DNA from: Eledone cirrhosa
Lineage: Eukaryota
Assembly: GCA_964016885.1 (NCBI GenBank)
Contig: OZ024743.1
Coordinates: 234,732,001 to 234,796,000 of the forward strand
DNA length: 64,000 nt
Direction: 5' to 3'
Of the stretch, positions 1-13,469 are shown piece after piece (the stretch's first letter is position 1; the number at the start of each line of letters is the position of its first letter). A program made the position numbers and the translations under genes. Under the pieces are notes generated by a model that saw only the letters and a program-made list of their open reading frames with translations, made no database searches and was not told the DNA's origin.

Positions 1-829
1 TAACGTTGAACACGGCAGATATGCTTTGCATGGAAAAATATATATTAATCCAATTCAAGTACTAATATACAAAAAATGTTCTACTTATAAATAGTTACTG
101 AAATCATATGATTCTATAATTTAGCAAACTTGGACATTTTGTTTTTCTGTAAAATACCATTCCAATGTTAACCAGTTGATAGTTCTACAAACTCGACAAC
201 ATGAAATCTTGAAAACATCTTGAAATTTGTTATCTACCACTGTTCTTCATTCAAACATTAGCATTTAGAAGTCAAGCCAAGCACATCTACATCAGTTTTC
301 CAAATATCTTGGGGCTTGCAAAAATCATGCTACTAATCTCTGAAGGATCTTTGGAATAACGTTACTCGGTAGAATTAAGAGAGCACAGCTCTGATACTAT
401 GGGCATTTGGTTAGAATGTCTCAGGAAAGAATCACTAGACAGATTTTACGGACAAAACCAATCAGCAGGAAACCCAGGGGTAGACCCCGAGCAAGATGGA
501 TAACATCCATGAGCTCGGGTGGTCTTGCTTGGTGATCCAGCCAGATCAGTTGGAAACTGTTGCTTCTGACATGACCTGCTGGAAGGAGTGTTTGTGGACT
601 TTGCCCCCACGGCCCTCTCAAGAATAAGTGATTGAAGAAGGTTTAGATATTGTTAAGTTCCACATATGAATATATAGATTTTGAACCTAACAAATGTCAT
701 TGAGCTGACAACTAAGTTTCAATTCTCATTTAACACCAGTGCCTCATGAAGTTTGCATAAATGAACATAACTAGGACTTTCTCTGTAACATATTTTTTGA
801 GTGTCTGTAACATAAATGAATGGTTAGGG

Positions 830-1200
830 TTAGGTTATATGGTCTTGATTGTGTTAATTGGACGACAAGGTCACTTCAGAAGCTCTCTACATTCCAGAAC
901 CACATCATGAGACTTATGACTGGCAAGCAGCTCAGCAACCGTATCTGTATCAGTGAGCTGCTCAACATTACCAGACTTAGACCAATTACATCAATTGTCA
1001 AGAATACTCAAACTATACAGTCATATAAAAAGATCAACTCATGTGAGTAGGTTATGGCTGGTAAGAGAAGCAGAGGCCAGCAGCCAAAACGATGGCTTGG
1101 TAATGTCAACCTATGGACTGGACTTGATCTTTGCTCTTTAAACTCTGTTGTTGGTGATTGAACTTTATGGAGAAAAATATCTCATGCTGATGCGTAGTCT
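830..1200 (+). mobile_element. Degenerate non-LTR retrotransposon 3' fragment
   Basis: Translation LYGLDCVNWTTRSLQKLSTFQNHIMRLMTG resembles the region C-terminal to LINE reverse transcriptase; frame is disrupted. Confidence 0.5.
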
Positions 1201-2342
1201 GCAACTGGCACAGTTTAGCGTCAAAGTAGTAACATAAATGAAACAAAATGCCTACACACTCAAATTGAATTTAGATCCTGAAATCTGTTCAATTGTAGTG
1301 TCTTTACTCTATTGAGTGTTAATGAGAGCACAATATATATTATATGAATAGCAGTGTGGATGAGCTGAGTTTGGTTCACTCCGGGTTCAACTATAGGCAG
1401 TAATATAGCAGTTAATTCAACTAAGTGTGGCTGAAATGTTTAGAGCGTCGGACGAAATGCCTTGAGGTTCTAAGTTGGAATCCTACAGAAGTCAACTTTC
1501 ATCCTTCTGAGGTCGATAAAATAAATTATCGGTCATATATTAGGATTGCTTTATATTACTTTAAAATTCACATATGAATTATAATAAAAGTCTACTTTTC
1601 CTTGGAAAAAAAAAAAAAGCTTGTGCTAAGGTGAAATTATCATCTTCAATGCTGTAAATATGTAAAGCTTTAGAATTGAAATTGAATATCGGAAATGTAT
1701 TTGAACTATTTTCTATTTATAAATAAATGATCTTCTTTCCTCTTCGTTTTTCGTCACTCATAAGCCGTCCCTATATTTTCCGTTGTTACTTAGCAACACG
1801 CTCTTCCTATTGGTTCAAATACAAGTTATGTGCCATATGACCCAATGATTCATAATCACAGACTCAAGATTGGGTCGTGATTGTTGTTAGTTTGTTACAC
1901 TACTGTATCCTTCTCTCCGCTGCTGCTATTTCGGTAACCATTTGTCTCTGATGCTTACTTCAGTTATTATTTTATTTGTATGTATTTAATATATATTATA
2001 GAATGGTAAATTGAACACTGATGAACACAGCTATTACACATGCATGCATACATTTTCTACTCTATAGACGAGTTTTGAAATGTGTTTACTGAAAACACAC
2101 CGTACATCTATATTTATTACATGTAATCTCTACGTTTCACCGTTAAATTTCAGTATTTTATTCGTTCGTCGATACAAGATGGTGTTATTATATTTTTCCA
2201 CCTTGTGACTAGAAATAGAATATGAAGTAACGACAATTCCACGTGTAACGGATTTTGAAGTGTTGTTGAATTATCACGTAGACATAATTTTCACATTCAA
2301 ATTTCCGACTGATCTTTACAGTCGTAAGTGTTGATTTGACAC

Positions 2343-2702
2343 ATGCCACATTGTATAGCCCTAGGCTGCACGAGCCATGATGGCCGAGTGCCTCGCCACA
2401 TTCGGTTGCATTGTTTTCCCAGGGATCGAGAGAAGTGTCGAATCTGGGCACAGAACGTGGGTGTCGACTATGGCCAGATGGATAGTTTTTTAGACATAAC
2501 AAGTTCAGACATTCCTAAAATACGGTGCAAAATTCGAATCTGCACGCTACATTTCGAAAGTCAATATTTGGAAGTCGGCTTCCGCTGCAAATTACCGCGT
2601 GTTAAATTGAAGCCTAATGCAATACCCACTCTCTTTCTGGATAACAATGGATCTTTACCACAAATACAAACTGATGATGCACAGCTTGACAATCGGATTG
2701 AT
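2343..2702 (+). CDS. Variable exon V1: complete THAP zinc-finger domain
   Basis: MPHCIALGC..LHCFP..W..ICTLHF..LKPNAIPTLF (C2CH plus AVPTIF box); 120 codons then GAT|gtaagg donor, phase 0. Confidence 0.9.
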
Positions 2703-2755
2703 GTAAGGGTTACCTTTTGTTCATTTTTATGGATTATTATTAATGTTATATATAA

Positions 2756-2946
2756 GGGTGGTGGATTGGCAGTATCGGTAGAGGGTCGGACGCCATGCTT
2801 TCCAGCATAGTTACGTCCCTTTACGATCTGAGTTCAAATCCCTCCGAGGTTGACTTTGCCTTTCATCCTTACGGGGTCGATAAAATAAAGTACCAGTAAT
2901 GCACTGGGTAATTGCTGGCCTTGTGCCTAAAGTAGAAACAATTATT
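2756..2946 (+). mobile_element. tRNA-derived SINE, full length
   Basis: A-box-like TGGCAGTATCGG, B-box GAGTTCAAATCC; near-identical copies at 22642, 30806 and 51157; flanked by direct repeat TTATTAATGTTATATA. Confidence 0.85.
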
Positions 2947-3729
2947 AATGTTATATATATATATATATATAGGCGAATTTTGTGTCGGGTTCAAATTTCA
3001 TCTTTCCAGTATAGATTGATAAATTAACTGTGTGGGTAGTCTCGAACTAATCTAAATAAATGTATTTTGCTGTTTAAGATAGTAGTTACAGCAGAGAGAC
3101 TACAATCATTTTTTTAGTTACGTCCCTTGAAACTTTTGAGTTCATTTCCCGCCAGGTTTGACATTGCTTTGCATACCATCACTCGATAAGATCAGATATT
3201 AGTTTTTCACCAGAGTGAATTTTATTGAGGCGCAGGTATAATCGTCAAAGTAACATTTACATCATATAAGGTGATAAGTACAACAGATAGGTTTACGTAT
3301 GTAATAAATAGCTCAAACACATTGGCAGAACAAAAAACTTCTTCCGGCTAAAGTGAAATGTCTTGTTATAATGAAAACATGCAATTCTTTTATTTATATA
3401 TTTAATGTAGTGAGTGGGTTGTCAATATCGTTAGACAAAATGCCTTGCGACATTTAATGACGGCCTTTTGTGTTGTTGTTTTTTTTTGTTTTTTTAAAAT
3501 ATTTGTTAGCGTTGATTTTCTGGAGTAGATAAAATTAAAATTCCAGTCGAATATTCTGTCAGTTTAGTCGACTATATTTTCAAGTAGTAAAATGAAAATT
3601 TATTTGTAAATTATTTTGAAGAAATGAACAAGATTCTTTTTCTGACAGATTTTGAATACAGAGCTGGAACTAATATTATATCTTAAGTATGATCATTTGG
3701 TACCTGGTATGAGTATCGATGCTTCCCAG

Positions 3730-4372
3730 ATGGGCATCAATACAAGAAGCGATAGTTAAACTTGAGCGAGTGGTTGGTCCACTCCTTCTCGAGCCTTGAC
3801 TTAAAATGTTGACTGGGGGTGCGTCAACTGTTTCTCGTTTGAGGTTGTTCCAATGGTTGATCGCACGTGCAGAAAAGTGGTTCCTCAGGCTTTGTTGGTG
3901 TTGCACCTGGAACTTCCGATTGTGTCCGGGTAGTCCTGTTGAGTGCCTCTCTGAATAGTGCATAGCCGCAGATGGGACACCTTATGTACTGTATTTTATC
4001 GAACTCTTAGTATTTTAAAGGCTTCTATGATGTTTGCTCTCTGCCTCCTATACTCCAGCGTCGGGAGTCATAAAGCCTGAAGACGTTCATTGTAGTGTAG
4101 TGAATAGAGCCTCTAGACAAGGCGTGTTGCTCCTCGCTGCACATTTTCAATAATGCCCTTGTCTGTCTTTAACTTGGGTGCCCATATAACGGAGGCATAC
4201 TCAAGGTGTAAACGTATGCTTTTGTATAGGAGTGTGAAGGACTGTTTGTCCAGTACAAAGGTGTGCTTGAGAGCACCCAAAGTTCTATTTGCCTTGTTGA
4301 CTTGTGCTCGTATATGACTGCTAAATGTTAGGTCATGGTCGATGGTAACTCCCAAGTCTTTTTCTTCTATTC
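3730..4372 (-). mobile_element. CR1-like LINE 3' fragment (pseudogenised)
   Basis: EKDLGVTIDHDLTFSSHI..KANRTLG..LEYASVIWAP..IENVQRGATRLV and FSARAINHWNNL, typical of the CR1 ORF2 C-terminus; frameshifted. Confidence 0.8.
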
Positions 4373-7001
4373 AACTTTCTGATTACTCAATCAACTTGAC
4401 CAGTCAGTTGGCTGGGTTGTCAGAGCTTTGCATAATGTGCATTGCGATATTTGTTTTGGTCACCTACTGAAATCCCGTTCGGGTCAATGAAGTACCAGTT
4501 GGTGTAGCCCCCTTTAGTTTGCATCTCTTAGATATTCTGCCGGGTCTTATGGGAGCATCGAGAGGTTGTTTCTCTTTGTTCTTAAATACATAGAAATCTA
4601 ACTATCACCTAACATTTATTTGCGCTTAGTTAGTTAGTCAGACAACTAGTTGCAGTGTTCCTGGTATACTGTGCCTCTATTTTATCAACTACTCTGTGTA
4701 ATTTGTTTTTCACATAATGCTATGTGAAAAGCTGTGCACATCACAGTCCTTTTCTATCCATTCAATTCTCGAAGGCATGTTGGTTTTGGTTGATGTGAAT
4801 TGCTATTTTTGTTGTATGTGCCTCAGTATACATGTAGTGTTTGAGGTTAAAGTTGTCTTGACCTGGGCAAATTTGGTAGACATACAAGAAAATGCATGCA
4901 CAGACAAGATACAAACAATACTAACACAAAAGACATTAGATTTGGTGATAAATGAAATGATTCAGATAATTTTGTTAATTTATTTGGACAATTATGTTTT
5001 CTAATGCGAAGAAGGTCCATGCTTTATTCTGGTTAGGTTGTCCTGCCAATTTTGAAACATTTTACAATGAACTGATGTCTATTTTTGACAGCTATGTCTT
5101 CTTTTTGGTCTTTTCATGAACTGCAACCACACTTAGGGCTAGTGTTTATCTTGTGTCTTTATAGTATTAACTGAATACTACTGTCAATCATAAGTAATTT
5201 ATACAAAGATTTGTTATTATTTTGTTTTTTTTTCATTCTCCTCTTAGAATGAAGTATATTTGCCTATGAATCACTTTCAGTAATAGTATAAGCACTTGTG
5301 ACCCAAAACTTCTACTGTCCAAGAAAAAGTTAGTGCTGGTTCTTATTTTCATTTTTTCTAAGGATACATCACAGTAGTTGTAAAAGGCCTAAAGCGCAAT
5401 GAACGCTTCAATAGCTCACAGGTGGATCCCTGGTCTAATTAAAAAAACTTACTACACTTTATAATATACAATATTTCTTAGTGGTATGATATCCAGACAA
5501 TAAAATCATTCTTTCTTTCATTGACATCACATTAACAGTATAAAATGTCTTTTTAAAAATCGTTCTGCATCAAAACAGATTGTTTTGTATAATATATTAC
5601 ATAAATATTAAATATATAGTAAGGTTTGTAAATTACTCAATTGAAGTAAATTTTTTCTGTATTTGTTATATATTCAACATATGATTGAAGATTTGACTAT
5701 TGAATTTTCTAACATTAATACAAGGTCATCTTTTTTTTTTTTTTTTAATGCTATTATCATTGATCTAAGAAATCTAATCTGGAGACAAGCAGTTGGGGAG
5801 CATGAACCTCACAACTTCCTCAAAAATGTTCTTGACTATCTAGAGATGTTTATGTATATACATTAATTAAAAACCTAATACTCTTTGCCTGTCCCAGCCC
5901 ACATGTTGTGGCGAAGCTCGGGCAATTATCATGTATTTAAAAAAAAATAAAAGTGGAATTGTTAGACTCCAGCAATTATTTTGGTTGTTGAATGACATTC
6001 AGAACCGTTTTCCTAGAAGAAATCCCAACTATTTTTTAAAGACATTATTGTGTTCAATTGGTGACTTGGGTGATCTTTCAGTACAGAATGAATTCTGCAT
6101 AAAGTGATAAGCGAAAAGATTCATTGCCTGTGTACTTGCTTCGTCATTTACCTTTGACTGTATATAATTTATTGAAGGATGTGTGTGTGTTGCTGTGTTA
6201 GCAGTTCGTTTAGATGTTGACTGCATTTATTAATATTTCATTTAGCTGGCAACCTTAATATTAAATAAACCAAATAGAGAAATAATTTTCCTTCTATGCA
6301 ATAATCTTTTCGGTTCTCTAGTGTGATTTGGAACCTATTTTATAGAATTGCCTCTGGTACACGTCAGCCAACCTGCCACAAGACTGACCGTGACGTCACA
6401 CTTAACGATAGTGCGGATAAATTTCACTCAAGTAGTGCAGTAGTATTTCAGTGTTTCTTTTTAATATTCTAGCTCATCATACACTGTAAAAAAAAAAGAG
6501 GGGGGTTTCGAAAATTTAAATGTATTATCACCCATTTTAAGTTCAAACTTAATGAAAAAAATTCCCACGCCTGCTTAAATTGTTAAATCGCCCACTAGTA
6601 TGCACTAGCGTTCGTGCTAAATCCATTGAAGTAGTGTGTTGATAAAAATAATTTTGACGTCACATAGTTAACTAATTCTTTCTTTATCATTCACTGGTCG
6701 CTTTCGTTCGTGTCTGTTTTAATGTAGTATCACTATTACTTCCATTTCTTTATCACTCAATGATGTTTTTCTTATTCGTTCTAAATTTGAATTTTGTTTA
6801 TGTGCTAATTGTAATTTGATGGGGGTGGAAGCATACGAGAACCGGTAGAGACAAACTAAACGCTTTAAAAATTCCTCAAGCAAAACGTGCGTCTAAGCAA
6901 CACAATAATAACCACACTACTTATTACTATGACAATCGACTATAACAGTGTGTTGTATTTTTATACTCGTCTTTAATTGCGCAAATAACTAACTTTACAA
7001 T

Positions 7002-8144
7002 ATGGATACTTTTACTGTTAATAAGCAACATAAGGTCGTACCTAAAAATACGAAACGTGCCAATGAAAAAGCGGCCCGTGCTTTACGCGAGTATTTGAAA
7101 GATAAGAGTATGTCCCTTGATTTTGAATGTTTGGATGCCAAAGAACTGAGTGAGTTGCTGGTAGTATTTTACCGTGATGTACGAAAGCGTGATGGGGATC
7201 AATACAAAGTGACCAGCTTGGAAGGTTTCCGGTACGCGCTTAACAGATACTTTCGGCTTCCACCGTATCTCAAAACATTTGATATAATTAAAGATGAAAT
7301 ATTTGAAGAAGCTAATGTTAATTTTAAAGAAACTGTTAATGAACTGAAAACTAGCGGCAAAGGTGAAGTGGCCCATCACCCTATCATTTCGGATGAAGAC
7401 ATCGAAAAATTATATTCATCTGTTTATTTTAACACAAATACTCCTTTAGGCTTATTGAATAAAGTTCAGTTTGAGATCCGGTTATATTTCTTCCGAAAAG
7501 GGCCCCAAACTATGGTAGAGATGACTAAAAGGACGTTTCAGGTTCGAGTTGATTCGCAAACTGGGTATAAGTATATGTGTAAAGCCGAAGAAGAATCGCC
7601 ACGTGGTTTGAAAACAAAAACCGTATCTGTGAGTTCTGGTTCCATCTGTCAAGCAACGGGCCCATCTACAATCGACATTGAAGAATTAACGTACATCGTT
7701 GAGAGGCCTAATGATCCAAATTGTCCTGTGAAATCATTTGAAAAATATAAGAGCAAACTCCACCCACTTTGTCACCGCTTATGGCAAAGACCTATTTCTC
7801 CTTATTCGCCTGAAGGCTCTGTTTGGTATCGAAATATTCCTGTGGGGAGAAATACATTGCAAAGATTTATGCCTGAACTTAGTCTTGCCTGTTCACTCTC
7901 ACAAAAATACAGCAATCATTCTATTAGAATAACTGGTTCGAATAAGACGGTTTTATCTGGGGGCTATAATTTTACTTTACCATATGGAAAAAATTCTTAT
8001 CTGGACGATAACATTTTAGAGAGCAAATCCAATCAGTCTTCACGCTCTGGTACAACACCTTTAGCTTACTCTACACATGTTCAGAATATTGAGGATTCGG
8101 ATGATGATGTAACATTAATACGGAATCTTACTGAGAAGGATCAG
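7002..8144 (+). CDS. Variable exon V2: Crypton/DUF3504 tyrosine-recombinase-like domain
   Basis: VPKNTKRAN..FYRDVRKRDGDQYKVTSL..TPLGLLNKVQF..CPVKSFEKY..WYRNIPVGRNTL..YSNHSIR; 381 codons then CAG|gtaggt, phase 0. Confidence 0.88.
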
Positions 8145-9852
8145 GTAGGTGACATTCTGATTGATTTTTATATTGGAAAAGGTTTAATAACTAGTAGGTT
8201 AAGATGTGTCTATATAATTTGTTTGCTTAGACATCCGAGATAAAGGCTGTAATTAAACTTCCACAACATTCACTGGGAAAATTTCATGGACAACCATATG
8301 AATTTGATTTTATGCAACACAGTAGGATATAAAGTTCACTGTGACCCCTCAAAAGTATGGATTTGCTACATTGTGCATCATTGGGTTAAATGGCGCAATA
8401 GCATGAAGCTAAACTTTGTAATAGTGTATTTCATTCTAGGTTTACTTAAATTTTACTGTCCTGTGAATGCATTCGCTGTGGGATATTTGATTTGTAAAGT
8501 AATGTCTGCTTATATCATTTGGTGTATCTTAACTTACCGTTAAAATGTATAAGAAACATGAAAATATTAATTTCTACTCTTATTGATAATCCTGGAAACA
8601 ATATATTATTCACCTTATATATGTAAGGAGTTTTATGTAATTGGTCCCTTAAGTTATTCATACTTTCCCCAAGTGCAGGTATCTGCCAATAAGTCGTATT
8701 GTAGAATAGGGGTCGTCGAAAGGAGCCCGTCTCTCACATCCACAGGAGATATTTTTCACACGGACATCAACGAACGATATGTCGATATAATCATCATATT
8801 GCTATGTTAGACTACCAGAAACAATGGGATCCTCTGCGTAGTCATTCAACCTGTTTGTAATATCAGCTAAATTCCCTTCAAAACAGAAACTAGAATACAT
8901 TGATTTAGTCATGGGATATAGCAAGCCTATTTAAAACGAATCGTCTCATAGTAGATAAAAATGTACTACCGTACGTGAGGGATCAACTGAATCAAACTCT
9001 GATATACTAAACTTTTCTGTGTTCTTTGAAAGCACGCGTTAACCTCGATAGATAATAAAATCCCCGCTCAACTTAGTCGATTATTTTTTTCCTTTGTCAA
9101 TCAAATGTCGAGATTTGTTTCCGATATAATGGTCAGCACGTCATGCTAAGTACTTCAAAATAACAATTATTGTCAAGTGTCAGGGTATTCAGTATGTACC
9201 TATCAAATGTCATTTCTGTACATGTTAACTTAAACTGTGAGCTTTCTTTGAAATAGTGACAGATTGGGGTTTTCTGTCTTTGGCAACACGAGGTAGGGTC
9301 GCTGGTTATATACTGTTACTTGCAACATGAAATAACTTCACTTGGCAAGGCTCATATAATGAATAAGGTACTATCGCCAAGTATTTACTATTCTATGTAG
9401 TTTACTGTGGATGTGTTGTATAACTGATAATTACTTTCTTCATTAGCTTGTCGTTCTTGGTTCATTTTTCGATATACCGGTAGGCATCCATTCCAGTATA
9501 TCACTCTCTTTTGAATCCTGCATGAAAAGGGGTGCAACCAACTAGATGTGTTACGAAGCATTGCATAATATTGAGTTGAGTTGCCAAATTTTGGTGTTTG
9601 AAAAGAAAATGTATTACTAATTATATATTAGTGTATTGTTTTTCAGGCTTTCTATTTGGTCTGCAAGTGTTTAAACAAATGCTAGTTTTTTACCTCAGAC
9701 GTTTGACCTCTCCCAACAATCTATGTCACCCATTTCAACCAATCAATTGCTTCGACTAATCACACCCCTCTTGTTCTGTCATGTCAGCCATTTTAGTTAG
9801 TCAAGCTTTCTCTGTTGCCTAGTCGTCGCCTACTTCGGTTTACTGTGGTGTA

Positions 9853-10059
9853 ATGGTGAAGCGTTGTGCGTGGGGTTTGTGTAATACAGACGATCGTTAT
9901 CCCGAACGTTTGTTGGGTGGTGTTACATTCATACCATTTCCTAAACCGAGGAGACAACGGGAAAAGTGTCTTCGTTGGATTGAACGTTGCGGTCGAATTC
10001 CCGAGCAACTGAACGTTAACATTGTTGACGGAAACAAAAACCTTTACGTCTGTTCAAAG
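9853..10059 (+). CDS. Variable exon V3: N-terminal part of a THAP domain (ends at CSK)
   Basis: MVKRCAWGLC..FIPFPKP..CLRWIERCGR..YVCSK; 69 codons then AAG|gtaaat, phase 0; lacks the Zn-ligand His. Confidence 0.88.
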
Positions 10060-11369
10060 GTAAATAACTCTGTCTTAACTTCAACCAGTCTTTGTAACCG
10101 TTATATGCACTTAAACTTTAGACTTTCTTCACTGCTTCTGCATTGATTTTTATATATTTCTACACATTATTTATTCACTTTTGAATATTCTTTATAGTGG
10201 AAATTAAAATATATTTTATGAAAATGATTTATTAGTTTTCTTAAAGCAATTGTTGCAATTTGTTCAATCGCTTTCTTTAAACTTCACACCATGTTTTGTT
10301 TTGTTTGCGGTAGATGTTTATCTCCTTCAACTAAAGATATATTCATGTTTGTGAGAGATTTTTTTTTATTATCGGTGTTAAGCATTTAAAAAAAATTAAA
10401 TGGGTATATGCGAATATGTTTGATTTCAAATATAAAGAACATACCAACAATCTTTGGAAAACCACATAACTGGAATAAAAAGATTAATTTAATCTGATAG
10501 TCATTGATTGGTTACTAACTGTATAGACGTATTGGGAAAAGATGTGACGAAAACACCTTAAATGAGAGAAGTCAAGAATTGATATGCATGTGCAGTATGT
10601 TTTGAATGGTGCTAGAGTTTCCTTCAACGCTTTCATTATGCAGACGTTATATGAGGGGTGATGGAATAATACTTTGCGATATTTAGTTACGATTTTCTAC
10701 AATCTGAATTCAAATCCCACAGAGGCCAATTTTTCCTTTCATCCTTCCCAGATCTATAAAATAAAGCACCAGTTAAGTACTGGGGAGGATATAATCGATT
10801 TTCCCCTCCCCAAAATGATTGGCCTTGTCTCTAAAATAAAAATTATTATTATAAGACATAAGTTCCTGAAGGTTTATCGGTATTTTGTTGAATCAATATT
10901 AAATTAATTACACAGTAGGTGACGTTGTAATAAAAGTTATCAACGAGCGGTTAATTGAGAATTTGGTAACCATTATATTTATTTAATCAAATCTACTCTG
11001 TAAATATGTAGTCTTGTGCTCGTATTAGAAATCGTTCAGGTTGTTGGTCGAAACTTTGCGGTGTCATGATTTATGTTCAAATTACGTTGGGGTTTATAAA
11101 AAAAAAAATACTAGTGGAGTATTAGTCAATTTGTAATCTATCTTTTAATTATGCTAATGTTCTCGGAATCCAGAAATAAACCATTTGGAACCAAATTCGT
11201 TCCTATTTCCGGTGCTGCCCTGTTTGTACGTCACATGACCGCGGTACAAACAGTATTTCCGTTTTATCCAGTGGCAAAGAATATAAATTTATTATCATTA
11301 TAATTATTCATTCCTCAAGAATTTACGATTTTTTTCTCCTTTTTTGCACACTTCTTTAAACGATCCAAA

Positions 11370-11576
11370 ATGGTAACTAAGCGTTGCGCCTGGGGTACAT
11401 GTCGTAGTGACAGTCGGTACAAGCATAAACCCCATATGCTAAACGTGTTTTTCATATCTTTCCCTAAGCCTAAGAGTTCTTTGGAGCGTTGTATACGTTG
11501 GCTTGCTGCTTGTTGCAGACCTTACTATCAACTGAATATTAATAAAATTAAATCTCACCACTTCGTCTGCTCCAAG
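11370..11576 (+). CDS. Variable exon V4: N-terminal part of a THAP domain (ends at CSK)
   Basis: MVTKRCAWGTC..FISFPKP..CIRWLAACCR..FVCSK; 69 codons then AAG|gtaagc, phase 0. Confidence 0.88.
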
Positions 11577-12137
11577 GTAAGCCTGAATACGAAAGAATTT
11601 TTTTTTTCCTCACTTCGTTTTTTAACGTCTTACTAAAACTATCGTATATGATCTCTACTCATATTCCTGTTTGATATAAAAATATTCTTACACTTATAAA
11701 CATTACTCGGTTTTATAACACTGGCTTTTTTAAATACTTTTAGTAGGGTCCCATCCTATTGCAAGCATTTGGGCCGGGTTTGCTAACGAACATTTGACTA
11801 TTTTACAATCTAAGAGGACATGGTTTTTATATATATATATATATATATATACATACATATATATTCTTTTTTTTTAATATAGAAATTACTTTTACGGGAC
11901 TCGTATACATGTATATGAGAAAAAGAGATGATGTAAAATCCCGACAGCACGGCGCCAAGCGGTTTCGGCTATATATAGCGTTTTGTTTTTTCAAAATTGT
12001 ATTTAAAACATTGAAAGATTGCGGCAATGCCAAACACAAAAAATTTACTTTTGTTTTTCGTAGTGCATTGTGGGTGGAATAATAGCGACTGCAATAGTTG
12101 TTTACGTTCAGTTTTCATACAATTCGTAAGGTCTTAC

Positions 12138-12593
12138 ATGTGTTTGTCAATGTGCTCTAAGAGTAGTGTTGTGACCGTCCCAGGGAGGGCCAAAAAAGAG
12201 CGTAAAACACTAACAATTGAGGACAAAATAGATGTGATTCGTCGCCTAGAATCTGGTGAGCGTCGCTCGAATGTCTGCAGGACGTTGGGCTTAGCACCTT
12301 CTACTGTATCAACGATTATGAACAATGTTGATAAAATAAAGCGTACACACAGAGGAATTGCAAGTGTGTCATCGCCCAACACAACTTATTCACGTAACGA
12401 GACAATGGAGAAGATGGAGAAATTGTTGGTGTCGTGGGTTGATAATATGAACCGAAATAAGGTTCATGTGAAACCGGCTGTAATTATGGACAAGGCGAAA
12501 TTGTTATTTGATGAAATACGTGAGGAATCGGGTAGCACTAAAACATTTAAGGCCAGCAAGGGGTGGTTTCAGCGATTTACAAAAAGGACCAAA
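12138..12593 (+). CDS. Variable exon V5: Tigger/pogo CENP-B-type bipartite HTH domain
   Basis: RKTLTIEDKIDVIRRLESGE..LAPSTVSTI..MEKLLVSWV..FKASKGWFQRF; AAA|gtaagt donor, phase 0; start ATG could be 12138 or 12150. Confidence 0.88.
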
Positions 12594-13271
12594 GTAAGTT
12601 AAAGATGTATCATTGTTTTATAAGTATAAATAAAACGTTTAAAATACCTTTACCTAGCAGCAGTATAAGTTTGTGTTAAATTTTAGTGGTTTCAAAACCT
12701 TAAATTACATAATTTGATGTAAAACGACTCCTATAAATGTAGATTAAATTTAATCTCATACTGACTTAGGTACATTCGTCTATCCAATTTCTTTATTCAT
12801 CTTTTTTCTGATACTTTGTGTAGTCATTAAAGTAAAATTACACGTCTTGAATTACGAGAAATGTTAGACAGGTTGTTTTGATGAATTGATTATAAATGAA
12901 TAAACAGTACGTGACTTAAAACAAACGATGTGAAAAACTACTGATTACTGTGTAAATCATTTTTTTTTTTTTTTCGTCGTTAAAAAATCTTTTTTGTGTT
13001 CTCTTGTTTTTAGACTTAGTTTCCAAAAAATCGCCTTTTTGTGTCGGTCAATTTGACTACTTTCTCGTTCGTAATTTACACCAGCAGCTGTTAAAATTAA
13101 TAAAATACCTCGAAATATTTGCCAGCCTCAGAAACTTTACATTTAAATAATAGCTCGCCATAGTTACGGTATTTAGTAGCATTAGTTAAAGTGTTGTAGT
13201 GTCGGTTGTGCTCTCCCCTTGCCTCTAACTCTTGTTACTGAGCTCTCTCCCCTCCCTGCAGTCAGCTCGCC

Positions 13272-13469
13272 ATGGTGCGCCGATGTGTGTGGGGTTTGTG
13301 TAATGCCGATGAAAGATACCCAGAACGGATAAATGGTGGATTTTTCATTCCTTTTCCTAAACCACGTACAAAACTAGAGAAGTGTTTGCGTTGGATTGAA
13401 GCATGTGGTCGGCCGTACTCTCAGCTAAATGTATTCAAGATTGATCAGAATAAATATGTCTGTTCAAAG
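13272..13469 (+). CDS. Variable exon V6: N-terminal part of a THAP domain (ends at CSK)
   Basis: MVRRCVWGLC..FIPFPKP..CLRWIEACGR..YVCSK; Kozak-like cgccATGG; 66 codons then AAG|gtaagg, phase 0; clear paralogue of V3. Confidence 0.88.

Noticed and set aside
2756-2840. tRNA gene
   Set aside because: The A/B boxes belong to a multi-copy SINE head; no complete cloverleaf was evident
7002-8243. Active tyrosine recombinase that somatically shuffles the cassettes
   Set aside because: The catalytic Tyr region is not recognisable in either DUF3504 exon, and I saw no repeated recombination sites flanking the cassettes
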